A DNA stretch of 64,000 bases, taken from NCBI GenBank assembly GCA_038087875.1, contig JAXLNO010000612.1, positions 1-64,000 on the forward strand, in the 5' to 3' direction. This document shows, piece after piece, positions 11,510-24,430 of this stretch (the stretch's first letter is position 1; each line of letters opens with the position of its first letter). The DNA is from Malacoraja senta. Lineage: Eukaryota. A model generated the notes under the pieces. The model was not told the origin of the DNA, searched no databases, and worked only from the letters and a program-made list of their open reading frames with translations. Both the position numbers and the translations under genes were made by a program.

Positions 11510-12385
11510 AACGTCATAAGGAATAGGAGTAGAATTAGGCCATTTGGCTCATCAAGTATACTCCGCCATTCAATTATGCTGATCTATAGCTCCCTTCTAA
11601 CCTCATTCTCATGCCTTCTCCCCATAACCTCTGACACCTGTACTAATCAAGAATCTATCTATCTATCTATCTATATACTTTTAAAACTCTCTGGCTGTCG
11701 TCCGTCTGTACGTCTGTACGTCTGTACATCTGTACGTCTGTACGTCTGTACGTCTGTACGTCCGTACGCCGCCTTTGATACCGCCCCTGGCCCACACAGC
11801 GCGCGGAAAGGCCCATATTTTTTACCATTTCCAAAGAGATGACATTAATCTTTACGAATAGCCACTCCTGATTCAATTCGGTCCTGTTTATGTACACGTT
11901 TTTTAATAAAATCCATCCCCCCCCCACCCCCATGTGATTTTCCCCGATTCTCTCCGATTTTCTCCAAAAACGACGCCATCTTTTTTCCCCCGATTTTCTC
12001 CGAAAACGACGCCATCTTTTTTTCGCCGATTTTCTCCGATTTTTTCCGAAAACGACGCCATCTTTTTTTCCCACGATTTTCACCCAGGGGTCTGAAGCAC
12101 GTTCGGGAACAACACCCCGGGGTGTGAAGCACTTTCGGGGACCAGACCCAATGGGTCTGCACTTGGTCTAGTCTCTGCCTTAAAAATATGCACTGACGTG
12201 GCCACCACAGCCTTCTGTGGCAAAGGATTCCACAGATTCACCACCCTCTGACTAAATAAATTTTCCTCATCTCCTTCCTAAAAGAATGTCCTTTCATTCT
12301 GAGGCTATGACCTCTAGTCCTCGACTCTCCCACTAGTGGAAACATCCTCTCTACATCCACTCTATCCAAGCCTTTCACTATTCTG
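11510..12385 (-). mobile_element. CR1 3' fragment split by a Helitron
   Basis: CR1 UTR ..CAAGAATCTATCTA|TCTCTGCCTTAAAAAT.. is continuous once 11670-12171 is removed. Confidence 0.8.
11670..12171 (+). mobile_element. non-autonomous Helitron (~500 bp)
   Basis: 5' TC (TCTATATACT..), 3' hairpin CAGACCC-AAT-GGGTCTG (12143-12159) then CTAG (12168-12171); inserted at A|T with no TSD; internal (TCTGTACG)n and ~38-bp repeats. Confidence 0.85.
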
Positions 12386-14036
12386 GATGATAATTCTCTA
12401 TGATAAAGGGAACGACATGAATAACATTTGGTGTAAGGTAAAGTCCAGTAAAGATAGTCCGATTAAAGATAGTCCGAGGGTTTCCAATGAGGCAGACAGT
12501 AGCTCAGGTCTATCTAGTTGTTGGTAGGATGGTTCAGTTGTTGGTTGATGCATCCTAATAGTTAAATTAAATGAGAAAAAATGTCATTCACATTATGATT
12601 TTTGGCTACTAACCAATTTTCATGATCACTTTACTTCTCTCTTTCTGTCTTACTCTGACGGAGATGTGTTTATTCAGCACCTTTAATCTAGAAGCACAAT
12701 CGCCAACAATGGATGATGAGGCAAAGCAGTGACTAAAAGCTTCATCAGGGGTGGGTTATAAGAAATGCTCTAAAGGTGGAAAGGAGGATGGTGAGATTTA
12801 GGAAAGAAATTCTGGGAGAGTGGGTGTGGACAGCATGTGCTAGAGTCAGAGTTGGGGGAAGCAACATTTTCAGTGATATGGACCAGGGAAAAAATAAAAT
12901 CTGAAATTGAGTGAATGAGACCATAACAAATTTGATCAAAAGAAGAAGAATATTAAATTTGTAGCACTAGGGAACCAGAGTCAAGTAGGTCATCAAATAC
13001 AGTGGGGTGATGGATGTGGTAATTGATAGCTTTTAGTCAAACTCATTACCCGACTACCGGAGAATAGGATCTAGGCAACAAGGATTCCTGCTGAGTTCAA
13101 ATGAATCGACGACATTGAAACAATGAGCATGAATAATCACTGGAATATTAAACCATATTTCACTGATCTCCAGCAGGATGGGTCTCTCTCTCATCCCTGG
13201 TGCTCTGTGAATTTAATTTCTTGAGAACTATGCGCAGCTCAATGATGGTTTTTTAATGCCTGCTACAAGGTTCATCATGTAACAGCGTGGCCTGAAATTC
13301 TGAAATGCTACATAATGCAGTCTCCTGGCGCACATGAGCCAGGGAAAATGATACACCACACCGCAGGTTGCAAATGGGCCGCCAATACTTGCACAATCCA
13401 GAAACTCATGACTTGCATAGGCACTTGCCTGTCACAGTGAAAAACGAATATTCCACTGTCTGACTATTCAGGAATCTTGATAGTTTGACCCCAGGTAGTG
13501 TTTCCTCTGCTTCTCCATGACTCACTGTGCCCCCAGTTCCCATGCACCCATTACACTGAGTTCACTGAAGAATTTATCACAATGCTGTTTGACATCTAAA
13601 ACAACACAATTGAATGCATGCCTCAGGTTATTAACTGGAATAACAGGCCCTTTGGGCCATAATGTCTTGGCGAACATGAGGCCAAGTTAAATTAGTCTCC
13701 GGTTTAAATCATAGATAGACACAAAATGCTGGAGTAACTCAGCGTGACAGACAGCATCTCTGGAGAGAAGCAGTAGCCGAAACATCACCCATTCCTTCGC
13801 TCCTTAAATCTCGTCTGTTTGCATGTGATCCATATCCCTCCATTCCATGAGTATCCATGCACCTTTCTAAAAGCCTATTAAATACAATACAATAAAATAA
13901 TGCTTTATTAGCCAAGTATGTTTTGCAACATGCGAGGAATTATGGTACCTGCCATTATAGTATCTGCCTGCACCACAACCCTGGCAGTGCCTTCCAGGCA
14001 CCCACTATTTTCTGTGTAAGAAACGTGCCTCACACA

Positions 14037-16169
14037 TCTATATAATGAAAAGTCTCATCTTGACCACTTCCCGTCTGCGCTGTATATTGATTTTAGAAAA
14101 AAACGCTACCATATATCACTATGTTTTTTGGCCATCTTACTCACAGTCCTCCTCCGCTGAGCAGGCCCTGAGGATTTTTCCCATTGATAAAAAAGAAAAA
14201 AGTTATGAGTGTTTAAAAAACCTTGAGATCCTCTCACCTGTCAATCACCTAGATGAAGGTAACGCCCCTTCCGGTGGGGGGTGGGGGTGGGGGGGGTGGG
14301 GCAGGACTAAACAGCTATAAAACCCAGGATGCCTGAACATGACTCAGTCACTCTGCAAGATCGCGAGGGAGAGGCCACGACTCTCATTCTAGGCTGTGAA
14401 TCCACTGAACTGTGAGTCTGCAATGTACTTGCAATAAATGATTTGTTAGCCCTTAATGAAAATGAAATGGGTTGTTTGGCCTGCCCTGTGCTTGAAACTG
14501 CAATGGCAATGGAAATAAAATGAAAATGCAATGAGCTGTTTGGCTTGGCTCTGCCCTGTGCTTGTGGAGATGGGAGGGTGGGGGGTAATTTTCCCACACA
14601 CGTCATAGGTGACTGGGAAATCTGAACCCAAGCACCAAGTTGTAAGCGGCCGAAGGTGCGCATCCCTCGGGACAGCCCCCACTCTCCCACGGCACCCTAC
14701 CCGGGCTGTGGGTCGGGTGAAGTGGAGGTGTGGGACAATGTTCATCCCTCCACAGTGATGTGATGGATGCGGGGGTCTGGACCAATCGCTGACATGTCCC
14801 GCCCCCTGGCAACGTCATGTCTGTTATTTGACTTTTCTGATGAGCGGCATTCGGTTCGTTGGCTTGTAGGCGATGTCGCCTTTCAGGTAGGTGGTGTTTC
14901 AGCAGAGTGGCCATTCGGTGAGTTTGCTTTCAGGTGAAGTAGCCTTTCGGTTAGTTTGCATTTATGCATCCCACCCTTTCGGTTAGTTGGCGTTTCGGCT
15001 TCGTTTCCATTCGGTTATTTGGCGTTTCGGCTCCATTTCCATTCGATTATTTGGCTTCCACTTCTTTGCTTCAGCTTCTCGTCCATTGGCGCCACGTCCG
15101 CACACGATGGAAATGAAATGAAAATGCAATCAGCTGTTTGGCTTGGCCCTGCCATGTGCTTGAAACTGCAATGGCAATGGAAATGAGATGAAAATGCAAT
15201 CAGCTGTTTGGCTTGGCCCTGCCCTGTGTTTGAAAGTGCAATGGCAACGGAAGTGAAATGAAAATGCATTGAGCTGTTCGGCAACCCTGTGCTTGAAACT
15301 GCAATGGCAATGGAAATGAAATGAAAATGCAATGAACTGTTTGGCCTGCCCTGTGCTTGAAATGAATGGAAATGAAATGAAATTATTTGTTTGGCCTGCC
15401 TGAAACCACTAATTTTGGCCCACAAGGCCCCTATTAGCCGAGAAACCAGTCCCTTTTGCCCAAAATGCCCGTATTAGCCCAGGAGGAGCAATTTGGCCCA
15501 AAAGGCCGTGCCAGGCCAGGAAAAGTCCAGAAAAAGAGCCTTTCACTGAGATTTCACTGAGATTTTTTTTAATCGAGCCCCTTCGGCCCATCAGGCCTGT
15601 ACTAGACCAGGATGAGTCCCTTCGGCCCATCAGTAAGTATTCCCCCTGCAAGTATTAAACCTCACCCCAGTATTTTTCTCCCTCCCTTCATTGGCTCCCT
15701 GAGAGATCCAGGCCAGGATAGACCTTCATTGCTGTGATCTGCAGAAAAAGATGAAAAATGTCTAAAATTGATTCTCCACCCTCTCCCCCTTCTCTCTCAC
15801 AGAGTCTCTCACCTGTTTTGGTCGGAATTTCTGGCAGTTTCTGAGCTGCCAGCCCACCAGGCCTGAGTGACTGAGCTGCCAGCACACCAGGCCTGAGTGA
15901 CTGAGCTGCCAGCTCACCAGGCCTGAGTGAGCTGCCAGCCCACCAGGCCTGAGTGACTGAGCTGCCAGCCCAAAAATCCAGTTGGCCCACAATGTCCATA
16001 CTAGCTCTCTGGAAACCAGTCCCTTCGGCCTACAACACCCATACTAGCACTCCAGAAAGCCCCCCCCCCACTGGCCACCAATGTTCGATTTGGTGGAGAG
16101 GTGGAATATGCGTTGGGGGACCAGCCCTCCCGTGTGAACATGGGGCTCAACGGGTCCAACTTAGTTTAG
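14037..16169 (+). mobile_element. non-autonomous Helitron (~2.1 kb)
   Basis: 5' TCTATATAATGAAAAG; 3' degenerate hairpin TGGGGCTCAACGGGTCCAA then TTAGTTTAG (CTAG variant); the empty site CACACA|TCTCCTTTAAA rejoins a minus-strand CR1 fragment (13800-16470); internal ~70-bp and ~31-bp minisatellites. Confidence 0.8.
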
Positions 16170-16574
16170 TCTCCTTTAAATTTTGCCCCTCTCACCTTAA
16201 AACTATGCCCTCTATTCTTTGACATTTTCACCATGTGGGAAAAGGTTCTGACTGTCCGCCCTATCTTATTATTTTATTTACTTCTATATGTATTGAGATC
16301 TCCCCTCAACCTCTAGTTGTTCCAGAGTAAACGATTCAAGTTTGTCCAATCTTTCCCAATGGCTGATATCCTCTACTCCAGGCAGCATTCTGGTAAACCT
16401 CTTCTGCACCTTCTCCAAAGCCTTTGCATTCTTTCTGTATGGAGATGACCAGAACTGCAAACAGTTTTCCAATGTAATTCTAAACTATTTTGTTGTACAC
16501 ATTGTGAATTGAAACCTTGAGAGGTATGAACAATTTATTTAATTAATTAATTAATTAATTATTTCGAACAGAAT

Positions 16575-16785
16575 AAATTCACACAAAGGGTGGTGGGTGT
16601 ATGGAACAAGCTGCCAGAGGAGGTAGTTGCGGCTGGGATTATCCCAACGTTTAAGAAACAGTTAGACAGGTACATTGATAGGACAGGTTTGGAGGGATAT
16701 GGGCCAATTATGGGCTGGTGGGATTAGTGTAGCTGGGACATGTTGGCCGGTGTGGGCAAGTTGAGCAGAAGGGCCTGTTTCCACA
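16575..16785 (+). mobile_element. CR1 3' fragment
   Basis: Near-identical to 10920-11120. Confidence 0.85.
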
Positions 16786-17119
16786 TTCATTGAAATTAAT
16801 ACTCAGTAATTCCTACAGATTTGCTTTGATTTCAAATTCACAACGAAGCAGACAGAAACTTGAATCAACCCCAAAACTATGATGGTGAATATTAATCATA
16901 CATAAAACTGATTACTGGATGGCATTTATTCTTATTCATTAACTGTTGATACTTCACTGGAAGTGTTAAAGGAGTTTGGACAAAGTATCTCTTCTTTTGT
17001 TAAAAAAAACGGTACAGTGTATTCTATCACCATGATCACAATGAATGGCAGCGCTGGCTCGAAGGGGCGATTGGCCTACTCCTGCACCTATTGTCTATTG
17101 TCTATCTGCAAGTTTAGAT

Positions 17120-17330
17120 GTACACAAAATGCTGAAATAACTCAGCAGGACAGGCATCATCTCTGGATAGAAAGAATGGATGACGTTTTGGGTTGAGACC
17201 CTTCTTCTGGCTTGACCCGAAATGCACCCATTCCTTCTATCAAGAGATGCTGCCTATCCCGCTGCATTACTCCAGCATTTTGTGTCTATCTTTGGTGTAA
17301 ACTAACATCTGCATTTCGTTCCAACACAAG
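17120..17330. mobile_element. Penelope-derived short element with two ends in inverted orientation
   Basis: ACACAAAATGCTG..CTCAGC..GACGTTTTGGG followed by its reverse complement GACCCGAAA..GATGCTGCC..CCAGCATTTTGTGT; same end sequence as the GIY-YIG element at 25520-26490. Confidence 0.7.
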
Positions 17331-19620
17331 TTTAGATGTACAGTCTCCTATTTTTTGTGATCCTGCTGTGATTTTGTTGCACAGAAGTGTCATATATACT
17401 GTCTGCATTGAAACCAGACCACAGACTGAAGCACACAGTGTTAGCTATAAGGTTCAACATGCAAGTAGATTAAGTGTTCTGCCTTGCAAAAAATGATTAC
17501 TCTATGCTATGCCTTTATGCACGTAACATATTTGTTCAAGAGTCAAGAGTGTTATATGTCATATGTACCGAAACGGAACGGAATAAACAAAATTAATTCT
17601 CTTTCCTAACAAAGCTTTCTGTCTCGAAAATCTCAATTGCCCTGGCATTCATACCATTTGAGTGAATAAATTTGAGATTTCCGCTATCCTCTGAGTGAAA
17701 AATCGCTTTTGTGATTTCAATCACAAATGCTCAGCCTGAATATTAACATAATACCATCTTGATCTACCTTCCCTCTCCAGAGATAGCAGTTTTTCAGCAG
17801 CTAGACAAGCAAATCACTTGATCATTTCAAAAAAATACCTTCTTTTTAACATTTGAAAGGGAAAAAACTCCGTGCAGCCAGCCTTCATAATTTTACCTTG
17901 TTAGTCCTTGAATGATTCTAGCAAAGTTACAGTGAACCTCTCCTGGGGATTGACATCCCCAGCAACCTGCAATATTTCAGTTCATTCAACGTTCCACAGA
18001 ATTTCAGCATCACCCTCTCACTTCTATGTTTCAACCTATTTAAGGTAAAGGCTCAATTTTATAGGCCTTTTTGATTAATGTCTTGTACTTTATACATAAC
18101 TTTTAGTAATCTGTGTACCAGGACACCTACTTCTTTTCACTCCACCGTAGCACAACTGGCTCACAGCCAAGACATTTTTTTCTGAATATCTTTCACAGAT
18201 CCAATGTGAGTAACCTCACATTCCTCAATATTAAGCAACAACTTTTGCAGTCTTGCCTACTCACTTCATCCTTCTATACCTCATTACAACATCCAGCTCC
18301 TGTCTACACAGTTCCTTGTGTTTTCTAACTCAATGACATCTGGAAATGTACGTATAAAAGAAAATTCTTAATCCATCACTTATGTCATTAATAAACACGG
18401 TTGGTGAAGACTATGAACGCTGTCTGTATGTGCTTCTATGGAATGAGTGCACAGCTTGCTTGTGGCTGTGTTGGAGAAGTATTTGCTGATGGGAATAATG
18501 GTTGTGGGTGGAGTGCAGGATTTTCTGCAGAGTGGCACACAGATGCAGCTGGGAGAGCTGCTGTCTCGCAGCTCCAATGTCCTGGGCTTAACCTTGTCCT
18601 TCGGCACTTAGCTATGGAGTTTGCCCATTTTCTCTGTGAGCTTGTGGGTTTTCCCCTGGGCGCTCCAATTTCCTCCCACATCTCAAACACATCAGGGGTT
18701 GGTTGGCTATTAGGTTGCTCTAAATGGTTCCTATTACAGATAGGTGGTGAGGAAATCGGGATGGAGTTGATGGGAAGGTGAGTGAGAATATAGTGCGAAA
18801 AATAAATGGGACGCAGAACCAGTTCTGTGTGCCAGTACAGACTCGATTGACTGAATGACCTCCTTGAGCGAGTTGGGAGCTTATTTGCTGTGGCCTCATT
18901 GGCACTCTGGGTCAGCTGCAGGAGGCACCCCCAGGGCATGGAGGCTGAACAATGGAGTTCAGAGGTGAGGGACAGTGCATTCACAGGCCGATGTTGAGGA
19001 GGCATTGGAGCGACCGAGACAGTGGAGTGGGCCGCCAGAGGACTTGAAGCAGCCTGGGCCTCAATTTGATCAGTTACTACTCCAATTTGCCGGGCGCACG
19101 GAATGGATGCGGCCTGCAGTGGCATGGAGCGGTGCAGCAGCAGTGGAGGGCATTGACACATCGCCTGGTCAGGACAACCCCTGCAACTCTGATGCAATGC
19201 TGGTGCCTGGACAACAGGCCTTTATGGACAAGTTAAGACTTTAACATCTTTACAAATATCAGACTTGAAGGGTACAAGATGGTGCCTAAACCGTGGCAAC
19301 TCTTGTGAATGAACTCAGTGTAGGCTACTATCTTACACTCTTAAACTTAGTATGATTGTGCCTAACTGTCATTGAATTGGATGCAAATAAAGAATTTCAC
19401 TGTACATAGGGAAATGTCACAATATAGGACCATTGATCCAGTCGACCATTGGAAAAATACAATGATGAAGACACAATAAAAGGCATGGCTATGCAAATGG
19501 TACTATTTATGGAAGTGGTTAGGGCACAAGCCCTGACATCAACATAGGTCGATAGATATTTGATGCAATGGGAGGGAGATGGATTGCATAGGCTGTTAGA
19601 TATTTGCCTCCTTGGGAGAT

Positions 19621-19773
19621 TCGCCTGTATGGTCGTGAGTAGTCACCCAAAGAATTGTACCTTTTTCTGGTCGCCGCTGGATTTTCACCATTTTTTAAAT
19701 TTTCGGCGACCTGCTGCGACTATGACGGGTGCCGGCAAGTCGCCGAAAAAATCGCGTGAGTGGGACAGGCTCT
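19621..19773. mobile_element. truncated Harbinger-type MITE (right end only)
   Basis: TCGCCGAAAAAATCGCGTGAGTGGGACAGGCTCT; interior matches 8273-8928. Confidence 0.75.
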
Positions 19774-19919
19774 TCACTATTGCTTAGTGCAGAATGATTT
19801 ACTGGAGTTGGAGGCCCAAGGTAAGTTCACACCACTAAGTGCCGGCAGCTGTGTCAAACTCCGGTTGCAACAATTAAGCAATGAATCAGGGATCACAAAG
19901 TCAAACGGTGACTCTAAAG

Positions 19920-20330
19920 TAGGTGAAGCGAGCAGTGTTGGGCTGGCGCTCCACGCTGAAGCACTTTGCACACAAGCCCCTATTGTGTAGGAAGCATCGG
20001 TGTGAGTATCAAAAAGCATGGGCGTCAGCATTTTCCAGGTTTCCTGAAGCAAACCGCTGATACTTCATGTGGAAAAGTGTGGCGCCAACAGCGGTCCTCA
20101 AGAGCGGTCCGAGGTCTATTCTCCAGCAATGCTGCTGCCCACTTGCAGTCTCAAGCAATGACCATATTTTTAAAGTCCAACTGGCTAAGCAGTCCTTTTT
20201 TTTTTTACAGAAATCAGGACTTCCTTGCCATAATATTAGATTGCCAGGCTGTATTATACTGCTGTTAAACCAAACAAGGCAACAGTCCTTGGGAGTTACT
20301 AATGGTTGTGATAATAGGACAGGTAGGGTG
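19920..20330 (-). mobile_element. ancient RTE-clade LINE 3' fossil
   Basis: Degraded W..ALEDRCWR and C-terminal C..C-like remnants. Confidence 0.4.
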
Positions 20331-20459
20331 ACTATGGAGCTGGTGAAACTATAAACAATGGTCTGACAGTCAGCTGTTTAGATGATAGTTTTTCTTCTCC
20401 GTTTCATTACTTTTTGTTTTGGGAGAAGCCTTGGGGGGGGGGGGGATGCTCATTAAAAA

Positions 20460-20810
20460 GTGATGGATAATGAAAGGCCTAGGTAGAATGTTTCCAGTAA
20501 TAGGAGAATCTAGAACTAGAGGGCACAGCCTCAGAATAAAAGGACATACATTTAGAATGGAGATGAGGAGGGATTTCTTTGGCCAGTGGGTGGTGAATCT
20601 GTGGATTTCATTGCCACAGACAACTGTGGAGGCCAAGACGTTGCATATTTTTAAAGCAGAGATTGATAGGTTCTTGATTAGGAAGGGTGTCAAAGGTTAC
20701 GAGGAATAGGCAGGAGAATGGGGTTGAAAAAAAATAGATCAGCCCTGATTGAATGGCGGAATAGACTTGATAGACTGAATGGCCTAATTCTGCTCCTATG
20801 TCGTATGGTC
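20460..20810 (+). mobile_element. CR1 3' fragment
   Basis: MFPVIGESRTRGHSLRIKG..EMRRDFF..VVNLW.SLPQ plus UTR. Confidence 0.88.
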
Positions 20811-21430
20811 TTCTTCATGAGGCCAGATGTTTTGCTAAAGTCTGTTTCCTTCTCCGCCGTAAGGAACTTTGAAGCATGACTGACATGTGCGTTTTTCATG
20901 GCGGTACTGGTTGCAATTCCAACAATTCTTTGGCATGTTGAGAAATTGGTTCACTGAGAGTTATGAATGCCATTTCCAAGTCAGACAAACAAAGGATCCA
21001 GAATTCTACATTATTATATATTGTTTCATATTCATCAAGCTTTTAAATGAATAATAATGTGAAATCAACAGGCTCAAGGTGCAGGAAATACTCAGCTGGT
21101 CAGACAACATCCAGGGAACGAGAAGCAGAATTAATATTCCAGCTCTCAGTTCCTTCATCTTTGCTTCTATTTTAGTTTTTAAACGTCAGCAGGGTTTGAT
21201 TTTCAGACCTAGATTCAAGATGTGCCTGAGGAGTTGAGCATGTGATACACTGAAGTAGGGTTTTGCCTGAGTTTAACATTGATGAAGATGCTGTCAGTGG
21301 GTTCTACATGCTCATTCAGTCGGATGGGAATTATCCCATGGGTTTTCCAGAAGAGTTGATGAGTGCACTTAATGTCCTGGTTAGAAATTATGCCTTAATC
21401 AAGTTCACCAAATCTGATTAAAAGTTTTTT

Positions 21431-21732
21431 TTTAGTGTTAGAGACACAGCGTGGAAACAGGCCCTTCGGCCCACCGGGTCCTCACCAGTGATCCCTGTAC
21501 ACTAACATTATCCTGCACACACAAGGAACAATTTACAATGTTACCAAGCCAATTAGCCTACAAACCTGTACGTCTCTGGAGTGCGGGAGGAAACTGAGGT
21601 TCCTGGAGAAAACCCATGCAGGTCACGGGGTGAACGTGCAAACTCCGCACAGACAGCACTCGTGGTGAGTATCGAACCCGGGTCTCTGGTGCTGTAAGGC
21701 AGCAACTCTACCGCTGCGCCACTATGCCGTCC
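21431..21732 (-). mobile_element. HE1-like SINE
   Basis: Reverse-complement consensus with an intact head. Confidence 0.9.
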
Positions 21733-23744
21733 AAATGTTACCTTGTAATGTTGCTTTTATTGTGTAACTTTGCACTTTATGGTATGTTTGCTGTGTTTAT
21801 TTACATAGCCACAGCCATTGCACTTTAAAATGCAATTCTTTGGCTGGAAATAAAATTTGGACATCCTTTCAGCATTTCCTCAATCTCACTGGTAAGTTTG
21901 GAAATCACTTTCTGGGCATCTTAATACTTTTGAATGGCCAGATTTGGAAATCTGGCTGAAAAATTGGCTCTGAAAAGCTTTTTCCAGTCTTCCTATCTTC
22001 CTGTAGGATTTGCAATGTGGTTCTCATTGAGCTCCTTCAACAAGTGCTTTTCCTGGACCCATTCCATTCTTCTGTTGCTTGCTTTGCTCTTTAAGTGGCA
22101 CCTGTGACCTTCAATCCTCCTTCCTTCACTGAGGAAAACATGTTATGTTCTTTGAAGCACTTCCAATAGGACCATTGAAATGAGAAAATCCATTCATACC
22201 AGGGAAGGTAGATTATGAACTCTAACCAGGTGTTGGAATGAAAACATGTTGAAGCATCCTGCATTTACAGTTCATTCATCTTTCAGCCAGTGGTCTATTA
22301 AATCTAATATGTTACACTTGGAACTCAAAGGAAAATATTGTAGATACTTGAAGTCTAAAAATAATGACCAATATTCCAGATGTTGTCATCAAGTCATCCA
22401 ATGTCTGAGTGAACATTTCTGGTCAATGGCGTTTCATGAGAATTGTGATGACAAGCAACATTGTTTCTGCTCCGAAGATAGACACAAAATGCTGAACTCA
22501 GCCGGACAGGAAGCATCTCTGGAGAGAAGGAATGGGTGAAGTTTCGGGTCGAGACCCTTCTTCAGACCCTGAAGATTCTGTGATTTTGCTGCTCTTTCCA
22601 ATAATTCTCCCTGTTCCGCTGAATATTCTTGGTTTTTAACTTAAACCCATATCCTTTTCTGGCCGCATGTTTAAAAAAAACCTCCTAGGGGAAAGAAAAC
22701 TAATAGAGGATTCTTGCAGTGTTGTAAATTCTACAAGAAATTGTGTATTTTTATAGTGTTTGAGTTCATTTGTATTCTTCCGATTAATGTTAACATTAAA
22801 AAAGGCTGCTATCTGCAATGTGTCCCTTCATCATAGCTCTGCATGACAGGAAATCGTGCAGGAAACAGTTGTATAGACTGTACGTGGACTAGAATGAGCT
22901 CAACTTTAGTACAGAACCATACATTGCTCAATCATTCATAAGAATAAGGAGCCTGAGGCAATAAAGTGGAGGAAAGGCAGAGAGGAGAATTCAACACCCA
23001 GCAGGGATAGAAGTAGGAACAACAAGAAATATGGAAACAAGATATATTTTTAATGAATTTATACAACCCATAAACTCATCCTAAATATATTTCGTAAAAT
23101 AAACGTGGAAAGTGGATTTTTGAAGATTACAGCCGAAAAGATTTGTTTTCTCTGGTTTAAATACATTTTGTCAGCTGAAGTTAAAATTGTCAAACCTAGC
23201 TGCAGGAGCTGAATGTGCAATGAACACAAACCAGAAAACTAAGAACCTACAACCTCGAGCCACTTAGCATATCTGTTGGAAAGTGCTAATGAAAACATAG
23301 AGCACAGCTAGCTGTTTGCCGAGAGGAAACAGACTGTATCCTGGTTTTCTGGTGTTAACTCATGAGTTCCACATGAGACACCTTTTGAGACACCGTGCAG
23401 ACTGCAGGTGACTCTTTACACACAGCATATTATTTATATGGTACATTAAAAAAATGCAGACTTTCCAGGTAATGATTTTACAGGATTTCTGCAGGGTGCA
23501 GCACTGAAACTTTGAAAGATTTACTGTATGAAGCTGGCAGAGAGAAAGCGGATTCATTCGATCAGTATCCAGGAGGAAACGTTACTGAGCATGATGAGAA
23601 TTTGCTGACACAGAGATAGAGGCATAGTGTGTAGGAAGGAACTGCAGATGCTGGTTCAAACCGAAGGTAGACACAAAAATCTGGAGTAACTCAGCGGGAC
23701 AGGTAGCATTTCTGGAGAGAAGGCATGGGTGACATTTCGAGTCA

Positions 23745-24430
23745 TAGAGCCATATGATACAGTGTGGAAACAGGCCCTTTGGCCCAACTTGCCCATGCCA
23801 ACCAAGATGTCCCATCTACATGAGCCTCACCTTCCCACACTTGGCCCATATCCTTCCAAAGCTTTCCCATCCATGTACCTGTCCAATGTCTTTTAAATGT
23901 TGTTATAGTATCTGCCTCGATTACCTTATCTGGCAGCTCATTCCATATACCTACCACCCTCAGGTTCCTATTAAATCTTTTCCCCCTCACCATAATCATC
24001 TCCACTGGTTCTTGATTCTCCTACTCTGGGTAAAAGACATTGCATTCACCTGATCTATTCCCATCAATATGTTGTACACCTCTATAAAATCACCCCTCAG
24101 GTCCTATCCTGGTTTGACTTTCCAAAATGCCATACCTCGCACAAATCTGCATTAAACTCCATTAGCCATTCTTCAGCCCACTTGCCCAGCTGATCAAGAC
24201 CCTGGTGTAATTTTTGATAGCCATCTTCACTGTCTATGTTACCAACTACTTTAGTGTTATCTGTAAACTTACTAATCATGCCTTGCACATTCTCATCAAA
24301 ATCATTGGTATAAACAACAAACAGCACCGACCCCCGAGGCACTGCACGTCACAGGCCTCCAGTCTGAAAAACAACCTCCAACTGCCATCCTCTGCATCCT
24401 TTCATGAAGCCAATTCTATATCCAATTTCT
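23745..24430 (-). mobile_element. CR1 fragments (RT and 3' end)
   Basis: ISKFTDNTKV..WAEEWLMEFN; RVVGIWNELP. Confidence 0.8.

Noticed and set aside
11667..12162. Repetitive Lys/Arg-rich ORFs
   Set aside because: Translations of Helitron tandem repeats
18436..19197. 253-aa minus-strand ORF
   Set aside because: Runs through an old SINE and degraded repeat-like sequence; no motifs or convincing splice sites
22636..22806. Possible minus-strand exon IAAFFNVNINRKN..SFLSPRRFFLNMRPEKDM
   Set aside because: Weak donor, and its phase-0 start does not follow the phase-1 donor at 26514 without further exons; left unresolved
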